Part shown: positions 1 through 13,430 of the stretch, piece by piece
How positions within the stretch are numbered: position 1 is the stretch's first letter
Layout of the letters: each line of letters begins with the position of its first letter
DNA from: Glycera tridactyla
Taxonomy: Eukaryota
DNA length: 64,000 nucleotides
Direction: 5' to 3'
NCBI GenBank assembly: GCA_965644265.1
Contig: OZ286461.1
Span: 119,846,001 to 119,910,000, forward strand
Notes under the pieces: generated by a model
Databases searched by the model: none
Seen by the model: the letters and a program-made list of their open reading frames with translations, nothing else
What the model was told of the DNA's origin: nothing
Position numbers and translations under genes: made by a program

Positions 1-819
1 TGACCATAACATGAGAGATTTTGCTATGGAAAATCCTAGCTTGAATCCAGTCATAGTTGCTGAGTTCTGTTGATAAACTTATTAGATAACATTTGATGAG
101 CATCTGAAATAGCCGGATCATGAGCTCCAGTTGATATCTGATTCAGATGCGATGGATGAGCGAAAGTTGCATCTCAATTTGTAGGATTAGCATCGCAGCA
201 GCAATAACATATTTGACATCTCTCTACAACATCGGTCTCTGGATACAGTGACCTTCATCGAGCTGCAAAGTAAGCACAAGGTCATACCCAGCATGCACTT
301 CCGGTTCCGTCCATCCTACTGAAGACTGCAGCATTCATATCATCCTCATTGTTTATAATATATCTCATCTTGACGGACTGATATTGATGCTATATGTGCA
401 CCATTTTGACGAGAGATAAAGTTATTGGGATCCCTGATATGGATATCTCTGTCAATATAGAACCTATGAACATCTAGTTTCATGGATGATGCCAACGGGA
501 CCTATCACAACACACCTGTGCTTATTCAACCGACGTATTACACAGCAGATTCGACAGCATTGAAGATAGTTACTGGCCAATGGATTCATTCGAGTATAAG
601 CCATATGTCGAGTGCTCTGTACGGACAGAGAGGCTGAGCATCAACTCCATGTTATGCCACAGGTTGCCATTCCAGAATGTCTTATATCGGGGGAGGGGGG
701 GGGGGGCAGATACTCTGGTAGGGGTGGGTTATGTCAAACTCGCATGTCATATATCGAGTAGGAAGGACTCAGCCATACCCACAGGTATGTCAATATCCTA
801 CATCTGTTGGGGGAGGGGG

Positions 820-1322
820 NNNNNNNNNNNNNNNNNNNNNNNNNNNNNNNNNNNNNNNNNNNNNNNNNNNNNNNNNNNNNNNNNNNNNNNNNNNNNNNNN
901 NNNNNNNNNNNNNNNNNNNNNNNNNNNNNNNNNNNNNNNNNNNNNNNNNNNNNNNNNNNNNNNNNNNNNNNNNNNNNNNNNNNNNNNNNNNNNNNNNNNN
1001 NNNNNNNNNNNNNNNNNNNNNNNNNNNNNNNNNNNNNNNNNNNNNNNNNNNNNNNNNNNNNNNNNNNNNNNNNNNNNNNNNNNNNNNNNNNNNNNNNNNN
1101 NNNNNNNNNNNNNNNNNNNNNNNNNNNNNNNNNNNNNNNNNNNNNNNNNNNNNNNNNNNNNNNNNNNNNNNNNNNNNNNNNNNNNNNNNNNNNNNNNNNN
1201 NNNNNNNNNNNNNNNNNNNNNNNNNNNNNNNNNNNNNNNNNNNNNNNNNNNNNNNNNNNNNNNNNNNNNNNNNNNNNNNNNNNNNNNNNNNNNNNNNNNN
1301 NNNNNNNNNNNNNNNNNNNNNN
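820..1322. other. Assembly gap (other N-runs: 10140-10274, 29694-29882, 34090-34252, 34268-34433, 38094-39055, 43716-43843, 46720-46873, 57551-57681, 59326-59480, 63727-63881)
   Basis: Runs of N. Confidence 1.
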
Positions 1323-2002
1323 CATTTCCCGTATCTGGTCGGAGTGAGTGAGACCCATCTCTACAGGTAGATCATGCCCACGCTTTGCATCTGATTGGGT
1401 GGGCAGAAGGGGGGGGGGGAGTATTCAAACTCACCTCCCTACATATGTCATTCTCACATGCCTTTACTTTGGTAATAAAAACCGGACAGATTAGAAGCCA
1501 GCTTTATCAGGAACACAAAATCCACGAGGAGATTATGGTGTTCTATCTTACCATGAGGAGGATGAAGTGCATGTAATTATCAAGTTGTGGTGAATTAACC
1601 CGCTATGACCTGTACTGTCATCTGTAGAAATGATGCAGCATGCAAACTGATCACCCCATCACTCGACTAGGAACCTGCTCCGGGATGCAAATTGTTGGAA
1701 TCGATGATCATCGATATTGAGGAGAAGTTGTGACTCCGTGCAGACATTCGGCTTCGGCGAGAGGCGACATCCTTATTCTGAAGTTGGGGATGGAAGAATA
1801 GGAACAAACCCACTGAGGGATCACCTCTGTTCTTAGACCAGATGCCTGAAAGGACCAGCTTATAGTATCATATGATACAATGTACGCCTACTCATGAAGA
1901 CCGCCAGTCCGTCAGGTCAGCTTCACCCAACTAAGAGGCGCCGTCCTGTAACGATGCTAGAAGAAAAGATACTAGATCCTCGGGATTGTGTGAGAGTGAT
2001 GG

Positions 2003-2521
2003 TATGGAAGCGTTGAAGTGCCAAATTGAAGAAGTGAGAAAACTTTTTATCTCCTACGTAGGACTTACTATCTCCTACGTAGGACTTACTATCTCCTACG
2101 TAGGACGTAGGAGGTAGGTAAGTCCTACGTAGGAGATAGTGAGTGCTACGTAGGAGATAGTAAGTCCTACGTAGGAGATAGTAAGTCCTACGTAGGAGAT
2201 AGTAAGTCCTACGTAGGGGATAGTAAGTCCTACGTAGGGGATAGTAAGTCCTACGTAGGAGATAGTAAGTCCTACGTAGGAGATACTAAGTCCTACGCAG
2301 GAGATAGGTAAGTCCAACGTAGGAGAGAGGTAAGTCCTACGTAGGAGATAGTAAGTCCTACGTAAGGGATAGTAAGTCCTACGTAAGAGATACTAAGTCC
2401 TACGTAGGAGATAGTAAGTCCTACGTAGGAGATACTGAGTCCTACGTAGGAGATACTGAGTCCTACGTAGGTGATAGAAAAAATTCTCACTTTTCTCATT
2501 TGGCACTTCAACGCTTCCATA
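2003..2521. mobile_element. Non-autonomous foldback/MITE DNA transposon with ~65-bp TIRs, internal 21-bp tandem arrays and a 6-bp TSD (IS3EU-like termini)
   Basis: The outer 24 bp are a perfect inverted repeat (TATGGAAGCGTTGAAGTGCCAAAT). TGATGG flanks both ends (1997-2002, 2522-2527). The internal unit gtaagtcctacgtaggagata occurs ~3x in one orientation and ~17x in the other. Confidence 0.85.
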
Positions 2522-5216
2522 TGATGGCGATGGGGAGCTGAGTTGCACATGGAAGTGGACAGAAGGTGTACGTATCACCTCGCCATGTGCGCATGTCATC
2601 GACTACCATCACTCGGACTAGAACCAAGCACAACTTTCTTGAAATGAACTATAGCCACTCATATCGACTTTTCTTGCTATATTCATAGACTACTTGCCAT
2701 ACCGGGTTGCAGTTGTACATAGCTGTGTCATATTTTGTATCATTTTATAGATATCACACAGTTGGTTGATAGGTGATTGTTTATAAGCAATTAATCGTAT
2801 TTGGTGGAATGCTTCAAACACAACGACGGTGAGCAGTTTCTCACACTTGTACGAGGCTCAACATCCATGCGTCTTCCTCTCCAATAGCTTTGTCGAATGG
2901 CATCTTCTGTGTTTAGTGACATATCTCTCATTCGTTTTTGCATACATCTGCTTCGGGTAAGATGGCCCCAAGATCGACTGAATTCTCATGATTCACATAC
3001 ACATGTATGGACTGAATGTTGTTCACATTTGACACATCTTTCCTGTTTCATTTTTGTCTTGTCTCTCGACCCTGATGTACAATGTCGGTGATTCAGCTAC
3101 CGTCTTCACCGCGACTACTCAGAACCCTCTTCATCCGATATTGCAGCATGCACCAGCATCTATCCCATCTCCTCCCATAGTCCCAGAATTCACACTTCAA
3201 CATATGATATATATCCCGATATAAAAATCAGGAGAGATTTACGAGATTCAATTCCAGGTATAAAGGATGAGCAGAAGCATGACTAGGAGGATCAATATCG
3301 CTCTGCAGGTCAGAAGTTCGGCCCGCAGATTCGTCATTTTGCAGCTCCAGGAGTGTGAGCCTACAGCTCCAGGGTTGTGAGCCCACATCTCCAGGGATGT
3401 GAGCCGATGTCTGACGTCAGCATCTCTGCCTTGTATCTCGGCATATTGTGGGGATATAATCTGACGGGATGAGACCCACACAGGCCACTAGGTACGTATA
3501 TATACGAGTCACCTGCTATATTGACAGTCCGACCTTATACTAACCTCCATGCAATGCACAGTAGTATGCTATGTGTATAACGCATGCATTGACATCTCCG
3601 TATCTTGTACAAATTAAGCATGTGGGGTGCATGTTTGGGAGAGATTATCTAAATGATTCAGACTTCCGGCATCGAATGATGACTTTCATCGTTGACCTCA
3701 TTGCACTAATCCTCTCACATGCACCTCAAGTATAATACCATGTACACAGGATTGCACTGTGATCACCATTCGTGATATGAAACATGGCACCGTGAGTATC
3801 TGTGTATCACATATATGTTTGCCTTCCATTAGGGATCCATGCCCATAGTATGGGGGTACCAATATAGCCCAGATGGTGATCATGGGTTTCAAGCATACCT
3901 GCTAACCATTGCCTATTTCAGTATTCATTTTGGAGAAATTACCCCCTATTCAAGACAAGTGATGTACCGAACACTGGATGCAACAAAATTCAATAATCTG
4001 ATGAAAATCACCATATCCCACTGGGGAGTACTGCCCGTGGCTTTTAGTCGTCTTACGGCTTTGTGTCACCCAGATGGTATTCTCCTGTCAGATAAAAGGG
4101 AATTTCAGTTGATTTTCAAAAGGAGCTGTCCACGAGAATTCACAATATGACTGGTATTTTCACGTAGTCGTTTTTTAAATGTGATAGGACCTGCGAGCGA
4201 GCGGATAAACACAATCATGCACATGTATCTACTGATGCCTCTCCTTGAACACATGGGCATGATTCACAGTCTCTGCAATTATGTGGCTCTCCACGGGGAT
4301 AAGGAATAAAGATACCCCAAACACCATCTATTCCTACATCATCATCATGCAAGTGCCTTCCGATCGTCAACTGAAGACAAACATTAATCTCATCTATACC
4401 TCCCTAATATGTCTCTAGGAGTATTTTGACAGCAGCAAAATGTGAGACATATGCCGAATTTTCAATTCGGTTGAACCTTGATTCATAAGTCAATGCATAT
4501 TCAGCTCCGTCGAAATAAGTATTTGCGTACATCGCCCAGCAACTTATTGCAAACACACACGAGGAGGTACACTGAGATTGATTCATTTTCTTTGAATCAT
4601 GCACGCGATCTAAAGCTTTGACGGGTTGCTTTCGTTGTTACGAACACTTACTTTCTGTTCTCCCGTGACTAACAAGATAGTCTTTCCTACCATGTGTGTG
4701 AGGGGGCTACAATCAGATCGAATTTTGGAACAGAACCAAACAGTTCACGCCGTGTTTCTGTCGTGTACCAAATTACCGCCACATTTGCTAAATTGGACTA
4801 CATCTGAATGAATGTACGAATCCGCAGCCACCCTCCCATCATCCACGCATAGACAAACACTGATGTAATTATTGGGTACCAGTGCACTGTTTTATGTTGT
4901 ATGAATATATTTGATGATCACCTAATGTTTGCTGGTTGTCTCATGGATTCGTTCCTCCCGTCACTCCCGCCAGTGTCTGTTGCTAGGGTCCGTTGCTAAG
5001 GCCCATATTTGGAACTCATGACAGGTCGTTGTTCTCTCTCGAGCGCGCCATTGTTGTTGGGTTGGGAAATAAGTAAATAACTTGGTGTGTATCCGTGGGG
5101 GGGGGGGGAGCGGTGGCCAATAGGGCAACGATGAGCTGGGCAAGATTCTCTCTAATTCTATCCCATTTACTGGCAAAATACACCCACTATTCCTGCTCCT
5201 GATAGCGTTTCGAATC

Positions 5217-5365
5217 ATGTCTACAAATCTACTTCATGAATTTCATTATGATCCAATTCAAAAGGAAGGATGGAGAATGGGAAACTTGCCCGCCCAGTTT
5301 GAGGCTGTCAGCTTCGGGTTGGTCGAGTGTTTACCTGAGACCACCGTCCCTGACAAGAACTGGCC
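5217..5365 (+). CDS. Candidate first coding exon, product unknown
   Basis: ATG at 5217, MSTNLLHEFHYDPIQKEGWRMGNLPAQFEAVSFGLVECLPETTVPDKNW(P), ending at a strong donor CC|gtaagc. X-box-like gttgctaagg/gttgctaggg motifs lie at ~4980-5000. Confidence 0.25.
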
Positions 5366-6165
5366 GTAAGCATTGCGCCACGTTGCTCTATATATACTTC
5401 GGATAAGTCGTGATTAGGGATGTATCAGGCAGAAATTGACGTACTCTCTATGTTGGTAAAGTTACATCATGATGAAATCCAGTCAATTTACCAGGTAACC
5501 ATGACAACCCGGTTGATCAAATGCCTAACCTTCATGTGATGATGCATTACTTGCTGACTGCAGGATGACATCACATGTCTGGTCTTCCGTCACTATGTGT
5601 GTGATGAGATCAGTGAGTGTTCGTCTCCGCGCACTCATTAGGGCTATTTATAAAGAATGCCCTGAGTGTCAGGTATGAACAGGCCGTACCTGCCAAATAG
5701 CCTGCCCTGGGAAGGCCCGGGTGGCCGAAAGCCACGGACTGGTTCGAGCGGCATTCTATATTCATCATCCGATATCTGTATCTTGAAAAGTAAATTCGAG
5801 ATTTGAAAGCCCTTAGAGTTTGGAAATCCCGAAGGAAATTGTGAATCTCGCGTCGTGTTCATCAACGGCACGTCGCTTGGAACGCTAGTCTGTGGGCCGC
5901 ACAATCATGTCAAATTCACCGAAACACTCGACGATATCTCCGTGAATTATTGATCAATGTTTATTATATTACAAATCTGAATAGAATTATATATCACCTT
6001 CAATATCCTGAAGAGTGTGTGAAAATCCGAGCTCTTCCCAACTGAATACATCATCAGCTGATGAGAATGTATCCTTGAATGGTTCTCAACATGACGTTCG
6101 CTTGCCTGTCAGAGACATTCCTCCTATATGCCCATATGCGCAATGGATCTACCTATTACTCCTAC

Positions 6166-6402
6166 CATACTGAGTGAGACATTGCTGGGTTTGACATCCT
6201 GTTATCATCCTAACATCAGTAGCTAAAGTCCAAACGTGACGCGTATGTTTTTTGAAATGTCTGCCTGCAAACTCTCTTTTGTCAACATCGTCGAATCTGT
6301 TCCTAACGAAATTGCCATGATGTGTGCCCTGTCCTGGATCACAAAATGGAACACGCTTTTTCGAATCCTCAAATGGAATGAACATTTTCCTCATCTCCGT
6401 TA
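6166..6402 (-). CDS. Candidate internal exon (237 nt, phase 1-1), product unknown
   Basis: Acceptor ctctgccttttgaacacctag, donor G|gtagga. Open for 79 codons: TEMRKMFIPFEDSKKRVPFCDPGQGTHHGNFVRNRFDDVDKREFAGRHFKKHTRHVWTLATDVRMITGCQTQQCLTQY. No homology recognised. Confidence 0.3.
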
Positions 6403-8059
6403 CTAGGTGTTCAAAAGGCAGAGAAATCAAGGTAGACTACCTGTGACACGATGTATTAATCATCGACAACCAAAGAAGAAACCCCAAATCATGATAAACG
6501 AACAACGTGACTTACATGACGCGATGAATTTCAGCGCGTGTGTTGCACTGATCACAACAATATCATCATTTTGAATTCACACAAGACTAGCTGAAGGCCA
6601 ATATCATTTTTTCACACCTAATCTTATCATAAAGATATGATTTACTACAGCACTCGTCGTCGCTGACATGACATGGCTCATAGGTGGACACTGACTACCG
6701 AGCATAGCAGAATTTAGTTCCTGATAACTCCGCCATAGTATTTCACTGTATTAACACAAGGTGGCATTTTCATATAGCTACAATTAGAATCTCTGTAAAT
6801 GTGATTACAATTCCTAGTGCTTTTCGGCAATTATGATACATTAAAATATATTCACCGGCCTTTATGCTTATCAGGTGCTAATATTGAGACTTGTTGAGAA
6901 TCAGTCAATCCAGCCACTAGTTTGCAGAGAGCTGATCATGGAAAATCTTGTTTCGGATCGTTTTAGCCAATACGCCTACTGGACACATTCGCTAAAGTTG
7001 CAATTTCAGAAGCGGAATGAATCATCTTCTTGCTTATTATGTGATGCATGAGTCTTCCTTGGAGGGGTGGGGTGCTTGCTGATTCATGTGATAACGAAAT
7101 GTATCATAGCCCGGGGATGAATTGAATTTGAGATTAAGTGATAGCTCCAAAGAAACATACACGTTTACTGGCACGCCACCTATCGTCTCTGTCTTCAACT
7201 GTTGCGGATCTCTGGCGGAATTTACCAACGTCTCTGGTTGACATCAGTGACAAGAGATGGCAGGTTGAGCTCTCAATTGGATCCCCCTATAGGAAGCTTC
7301 TAAAACGGGATCTGGGAAATGAGCATACTTGCTATCACGTTGACAAGAACGAGATGAGGAAGTCAGTGGAAAAATTGCCACATCGCATGATGTGGATTTA
7401 CTTTGGTATTGCACGAGTCCTGGAGGAAAATGATATTGAACCTCATCCAGATATATCAGCATTTGTTATGCGATGCATTCTTACTTCGATTAAACTTTGC
7501 ATTAGGCTCGGTAGGGGTATGCTCATGGCCTATATCATCCTCGTAGTTGGATAGATCCGCACTATACCTTTGGCACTTGAACATTTTCAATATATGAATC
7601 CAATATGACTCTTTTTCGATAAATTTATCTTTTTTTCCGAATTGTTATATTCTGAGGTTCTTCACGAATACAAATGTCTCAGAGTTGAAGCTTCGATTCA
7701 AAACCAATTCTGCCTCAGTTGTATCCTGCTCTCTTCGTAGCCTTCCGTAACCCTTACTCTGTGTGACCATGTAATACTTACTGAACATGTCAGTAGATTT
7801 TAACATCTCGAGATGAATATATACATATATAAACATAAAAACATAAAAGACAAGATGTCGAATCCCGCTCTGGATTACGTAGTGGCTTTTAAACTATTTT
7901 TGATAGTGACGGTCAAAATTGGCAGGGTATGATATATCGATACCAGACTCGAGCTGAACAATGACCGAGTCTATCCATTGGCATCATACGTTGGTGATGT
8001 CTATTTCCAGGCTGGTATTACTAGCTCGCTTCAAGTGTGTGATCTCGTTTGCTGCCACC

Positions 8060-8248
8060 ATGTCCACGGGTACCGTTATCGCCATCATCTTTGGCTCCCT
8101 GTGTGGTCCCCTCATGATCTGTGTCATCCTCATGTTCATCGGTCCCTGTTTCCGTGGCAACGGTCTCGGCGGCTCGCGACCCAGCAAGTCGGCATGCAAG
8201 AAATACCGCTACCACGACCCGCTTGTCTTTGACCTTGAACTCGTGTGA
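8060..8248 (+). CDS. Candidate 62-aa single-pass membrane microprotein, or the TM-containing last exon of a larger gene (acceptor at 8010)
   Basis: GCCACCATG Kozak context and strongly C-ending codons. Sequence MSTGTVIAIIFGSLCGPLMICVILMFIGPCFRGNGLGGSRPSKSACKKYRYHDPLVFDLELV* gives a hydrophobic helix followed by a basic tail. An upstream acceptor ctatttccag leaves the frame open. Confidence 0.5.
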   Translation: MSTGTVIAIIFGSLCGPLMICVILMFIGPCFRGNGLGGSRPSKSACKKYRYHDPLVFDLELV

Positions 8249-10997
8249 CCTCCGATGACCTTGACCTTGTCTGAGCTTCGCTGACCTCGACCTTATGTGA
8301 CCTCCAGCATTCTCCGACCTATTCTCTCTCCGATCATCCACATTGCATCACCTGTTTAGTTTGAAGAAATTGGATTGACCTTCCCTTGAATCCTTCAATG
8401 GGGATCTCTCTCCAGTGGCACCCAGTTGAAGTCAATATTTACTTTGAATCAAAATAGGCACGTTTCACTTGCTGAATTCGCCACTTTTCAATCTTAATGA
8501 AACGATTGGATTCTGGACAAATTGTGACTTCAGCAGCCTTTGTCTATCGGACGATAATAGACTACTAGACAGCATCAGGTTATGGAGGTTGCCATCTTGG
8601 ATTCAACCTACCTCACAGAAGTGTTATTCATAATGACCAGGAATGTACCTAACATTACATCACATTGACTGACAGCCCTGGCTGTGACAAAACAGCATTT
8701 GTCAATATTCTTCCATTTTGAAGCCTTCTGTGAGTTGGCAGTGCTTGTTTTGAACTATATCCAGCATCTGAATATTATAGCAAGCCTTTGATTGGCAAAT
8801 GTGTTGAGGCAAAATGTGTCAGTGATTGAATTTAGATGAGTGGACCTTCCGAAAACGTTCGGGTTGTGTGGCTACCTCGAGTCAGAATGACGAAATTGAT
8901 GAGGTTCGTGTCAATTTCATAGCAGGGGACTACCTCAAGATAGGGGTAAGAAAATCAATGAGTTGTGTCAATTTCGGTGCAGGGGCTACCTTAAAAATGA
9001 GGCAAGAAAATCAACGAGCATTCCCACCTCTCTCGGAAGAACCCATTTACATTGTCTTTCGACATAAAAAGTGTAGTCCTTCTGGTTACGCTTGTAAGCA
9101 TGTGTATAGCCAGAATCTCTTCTAACAGCTGCTTTCTTGTTTGATAGCGCGCACCACTAACCACTGTATTTGACGACATCACACATGTGAAATAGGAATA
9201 TAATTTCAGCGAAACTTGTGACAAGGAACCACCCTAAATGTCACGAAAAAGGTTTGTTGAGAGAGGTGTTCTCCCTTGGAAGGTATATTTGACTATGTCA
9301 AGTAAAAGAGTTGCCTCGAAAAAGCGGTTTCCCATCGGAGGTGGTCTTTCGTCGAGGTGTCCTGCTTCGTGAATTTCATTTCACAAGCTTTCAACACGCA
9401 AACCCTTTCTATAACTCTAACCTGGTGTTCTTCTCCTGTTTAACTTGTCATCACAAGGAGCTTCATTTTGACTTGTGACATGACTCATGGAAAAAACAAT
9501 ATCACAGAGCAGGTGAAATGACAAGCTTATTCTGCCCGACCTGTCTCTGGCTCACTTTCAATGTGTTTTTGTTGTTGTTGCATCACATTACCTCAATGCC
9601 ATTGGAATATGATTTTTATCTGTATTCATCATGACCCTGTCTCCCCTGTCTAGGTGTATGACAATTTCTTACTGATTGTGGTTGTCATACAAGGTGAATA
9701 TTGTGTCATGGTTTGATTGATGTTCCACGTAAGCAATACTATACAGATGCTTATAATACAGTGGGGTCTACTGTGATACGGGCACCGCAACCCACTGATT
9801 ACAGAGCGCCCCCTCTCGACGTCGGATATATCACCCACCTTTCCAAAAGTTGTGCTTAACACTCATTGCAGAAACCTCTTTTATCAGAGTCACTAGGTCG
9901 TCCTCTCAATGGATGACGCCATCTGTTGGGACGTGACTCGTACTGATATGCATTATATATCTCTCATGTAATATATGAATGTTCCCATCATGTTGGATGT
10001 TCAGTGTGTACTTGTTCAATGTCTGCCCTCAGTCATCCAAAACTGTCTCGCCATCAATTATGTATCTCTTGTATTGGTGAAGTTGTGGTCAACTACCTAA
10101 TAAACTCTTCAAGTGGATGTGTTTGTTTATGTTGGGGTTNNNNNNNNNNNNNNNNNNNNNNNNNNNNNNNNNNNNNNNNNNNNNNNNNNNNNNNNNNNNN
10201 NNNNNNNNNNNNNNNNNNNNNNNNNNNNNNNNNNNNNNNNNNNNNNNNNNNNNNNNNNNNNNNNNNNNNNNNNNCTGTGGTGGAAAGCGTAAGTGTAAAT
10301 GCAATGGTTTACAGTCTTGTTTCCTTAGCAAGTTCACCCGACTTCCTAATGATATTTCTTGATTCGAGATCGAGCATTTCTCATCCCCCTTGAGAGTTTA
10401 TATACAGCCACGAACACAAAACTAATTGCATGGGCTAAGCACTCTACGATCATCATCCCTCTGTCTGTTTTTGTCGAAGGGGGGTGAACGAGGGTATCCC
10501 TTCTCATATTGCTAAATTACATGGAACATGATGCAATGATACCTGACTTGTATAGACAGGTGTCAGCTGTCCCAGAGTAACATCGTCTTCATCTAGTCTA
10601 GCACCAATCCATTCACCAGGTGATTTGGTCAGGTTTGCACCCTTGGTAGTCCAATTAAGGTGACTGTTAGCTGAGACTTTTCCTGCAGGAATTTCTTCGA
10701 AATTTTCCACGCTTCCTCAGAATTGCATGCTGACTGCAAGAAGCTTTGAAAAATACACCTACCGAGGCTCTCCCTCGTGCTATAATCCTTTGAAAATAGC
10801 CAAAACAGTGAGAAAATTTGTGAAATTGACTAAAAGTTTCAAAATTACATAAACTAAGTTTTTCTGACGGATATGACGAAAAATGGTTACAGGCAACAAT
10901 AGGGCTATGGGAGGCTATTTCTTGTATGGAAAGAATTGCCTGAATGTCCATGACCCATCTTTAATTGGACTCGCTATGTGGCCAGATCAGTGAACGA

Positions 10998-11766
10998 GAC
11001 CTGAAGGCCGAAAAAAGGATGCCCGGTAATATGTTGTTGTTGTAGTTGTTGTTGTTGTCATAAAACTCTTTGACTTTGAGGTATTCATTTATATGTTTTT
11101 TTTTCAACCAAATGGCAAGGTGTTTGTTTCAGTCAGTCACTCGTCTTTTTGTAGATAAACCACATCGACGTACTGCCTCCCTCTTTATAGACAGCAAACC
11201 TGAACGATCCATAGCCAAGATCTTTGCTTCCCCCAGTCGTCTGTTTCAAGCAGACGACTTCATCTGGCTCATCCAGCCAGACCATGAGCTGCTCCTTACT
11301 CTCGAAACATAACCAATGAACATGTGTATCTCACCTATCAATCAACAAACCATGCAATCAACCACTTGATTGGATTCATAGATTAAAATGATTCAACGTA
11401 TAGTCATAATATGCATTAAAACTTCATTTAGAGATGAACAAGAAAAAGTTGAGTTCATTCATATCAGTAGCAGTATCAAACCTGAAGCACAGCCAACATT
11501 GATATTAAGCTAGCAATAGATCTCTCCAAGTAGGAGCCATTTTCATGAAAAGTAGACCCACGAAGAGCTCTCCAAGTGGACCATACAAAGCAGACAGACT
11601 TCTACAACGACCCCACAAAATTTCATAGGAATCAAATCAGTTTATCACCATCAATTGGCTGCCCCAAAAAACTGTTAAAATATGTTTCATTTTTCGTCAT
11701 CTGAACTGCAGTCTTGAACGAGAGTGGTGAGAAGAAGGCTGCCTGCAAGGCAGGCATCCTTAAAAA
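10998..11766 (-). mobile_element. HINE/DINE-1-like non-autonomous Helentron-type element, copy 1
   Basis: Colinear and highly similar (by eye ~85-90%) with 40226-40833. On the minus strand it has a T-run, subTIR AAGGATGCC with an adjacent inverted copy, a core, a microsatellite, a 3' subTIR GGCATCCT and a terminal hairpin. No ORF. Confidence 0.7.
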
Positions 11767-13004
11767 GGCAGTACTTTCAGAAGTGTTTTGTCCATAGATC
11801 ATCAATTCATCCAAGTTATCCCCTGATTGTTTCTCAAAAGTTGGATAATGATGTCTTCTTCGGAATGAACGCAAAAAATACCCATGTCACCAGCCTCAAT
11901 TTTGCAGGAAGAAATTCTGAATCTTGATAAAAATGATAGAATGAAGATTTTCTATGGGTATTCCTTCATATGCCATCCACACATTCATGGGGTTTCCTTT
12001 TTCATTCTCTCTCACAATTTTCATAAATCTGTATATCATTAGATATTAAAAAGATGATCTCACCAGGCTGATTTTCTTGCTGTAAATTGCCAACACATTC
12101 CACCCAATCAAGTATGAGGAGCTAATTTTGAACTCAGTGACCTTGAAATCCGAGATGGCCACTGTCTTGCTATATCCTGGGAGAGTCTGTACACAAAGTT
12201 TGAGAAAGCTAGCCACCAAACTTTTGAAGTTATTGTCCGGAAACCATTTTGACACATCGCCCTGCCATCTAGTGTTTCATTTAGAAAGCTTTAGTTACAG
12301 AGTTCTCACCGATAGATGACCCAATCTCAGCTCCCAAACTCCTTGACAGGGGTGAGGAAAAAGAGACCTGCAGGCTGTTTAGTTGCAGCTGACAGTTGCT
12401 AACATTTCGTATTGGAGATGGAGTTCCATTCTTCCCTGCTAGACCGGAGATAGGAAATATTTGGTAGGGAATTTGGCGAACGTTTTCTCTGTCAGCCAAA
12501 TAGGACAACAGACTTGTGATAGTTTAATTTCGGTAGGAAATGGCTAAAAAGGGAGTTTTGTATGCATCCATTGACCCGCCATATCAAGAGTCGTATGATG
12601 CTTCCAGATTTACACAATGCTCGCAGATATTACTGTATAAGGCCTTCACATGTCGTCAGTATCTTTGTTGGACAAATAAAGTAGCTCACAGCCTCTTTGG
12701 CGTTCAATCATTCTTTCTTCATTATAGGCGAAGTCATATAACTTTCCCGAGGAGCTCAACAAACTAGCATTGGGCATACATGTGATACTGCAACAAATCA
12801 CGACAGAAATGAAACTTTGAGTGTTGAGTGTGTCTGTCCTTCTATTGGGGACTTTGGAGGAGGGGTATAGAATGGCCATTCCCATGCACAATGCACGGGT
12901 GCCTCACTATATCCCAGATGGTGCTCCCGGCAAATCAGCCAAATCTATAAGATGAAAGGCTTTTGTCAATGTGTAAGATACAAAACTCATGTCCTCAAAT
13001 TTAG

Positions 13005-13430
13005 CCACACTCCCGAATCCCGGGAGAGTGAATTGGGTTTCGGGTGAGTGAAAATACCAGAACTACTCTCCCCGGGGGAGAGGATAAATTTTGCAGTAGA
13101 TCAGAAAGCAAGGAGTTCATTCAATTGTGAAGACAGAAAATCCCAACAACATCTTCAACAACAACCCTCTTATTTACGATATGACCCTGAATATACCAGC
13201 ACATACGTGATTCTGAAGAGCAAACATCTCAGAAACGTTGGTGGTACTCAGGGAGTCTCAAATGACAGATAAGTTGGGATTCATGTCTTGATCGGGCATT
13301 TACTCACAAAAATATTCCTGCTCTCTTGTCCTAGAGAGTAAATCCATTTCGTCAGAGTGATCTTTTCCTGTCTGATCCCCCGATGGGAGGGTGTCTGAAA
13401 AGGTTGTTCGTGAAGACTGTGAGAGGAATG
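13005..13430. mobile_element. Old interspersed repeat; an inverted, diverged copy lies at ~23310-23580
   Basis: The reverse complement of ~13010-13070 aligns with ~23525-23580 (ttttcactc.cccgaaa.caaattcactct). The reverse complement of ~13350-13420 aligns with ~23315-23385. Confidence 0.55.

Noticed and set aside
580-1370. 186-255 aa ORFs, and similar X-filled ORFs at 10.0, 29.6, 33.8, 43.5, 46.7, 57.3, 59.2 and 63.6 kb
   Set aside because: They are open only because Ns translate as X.
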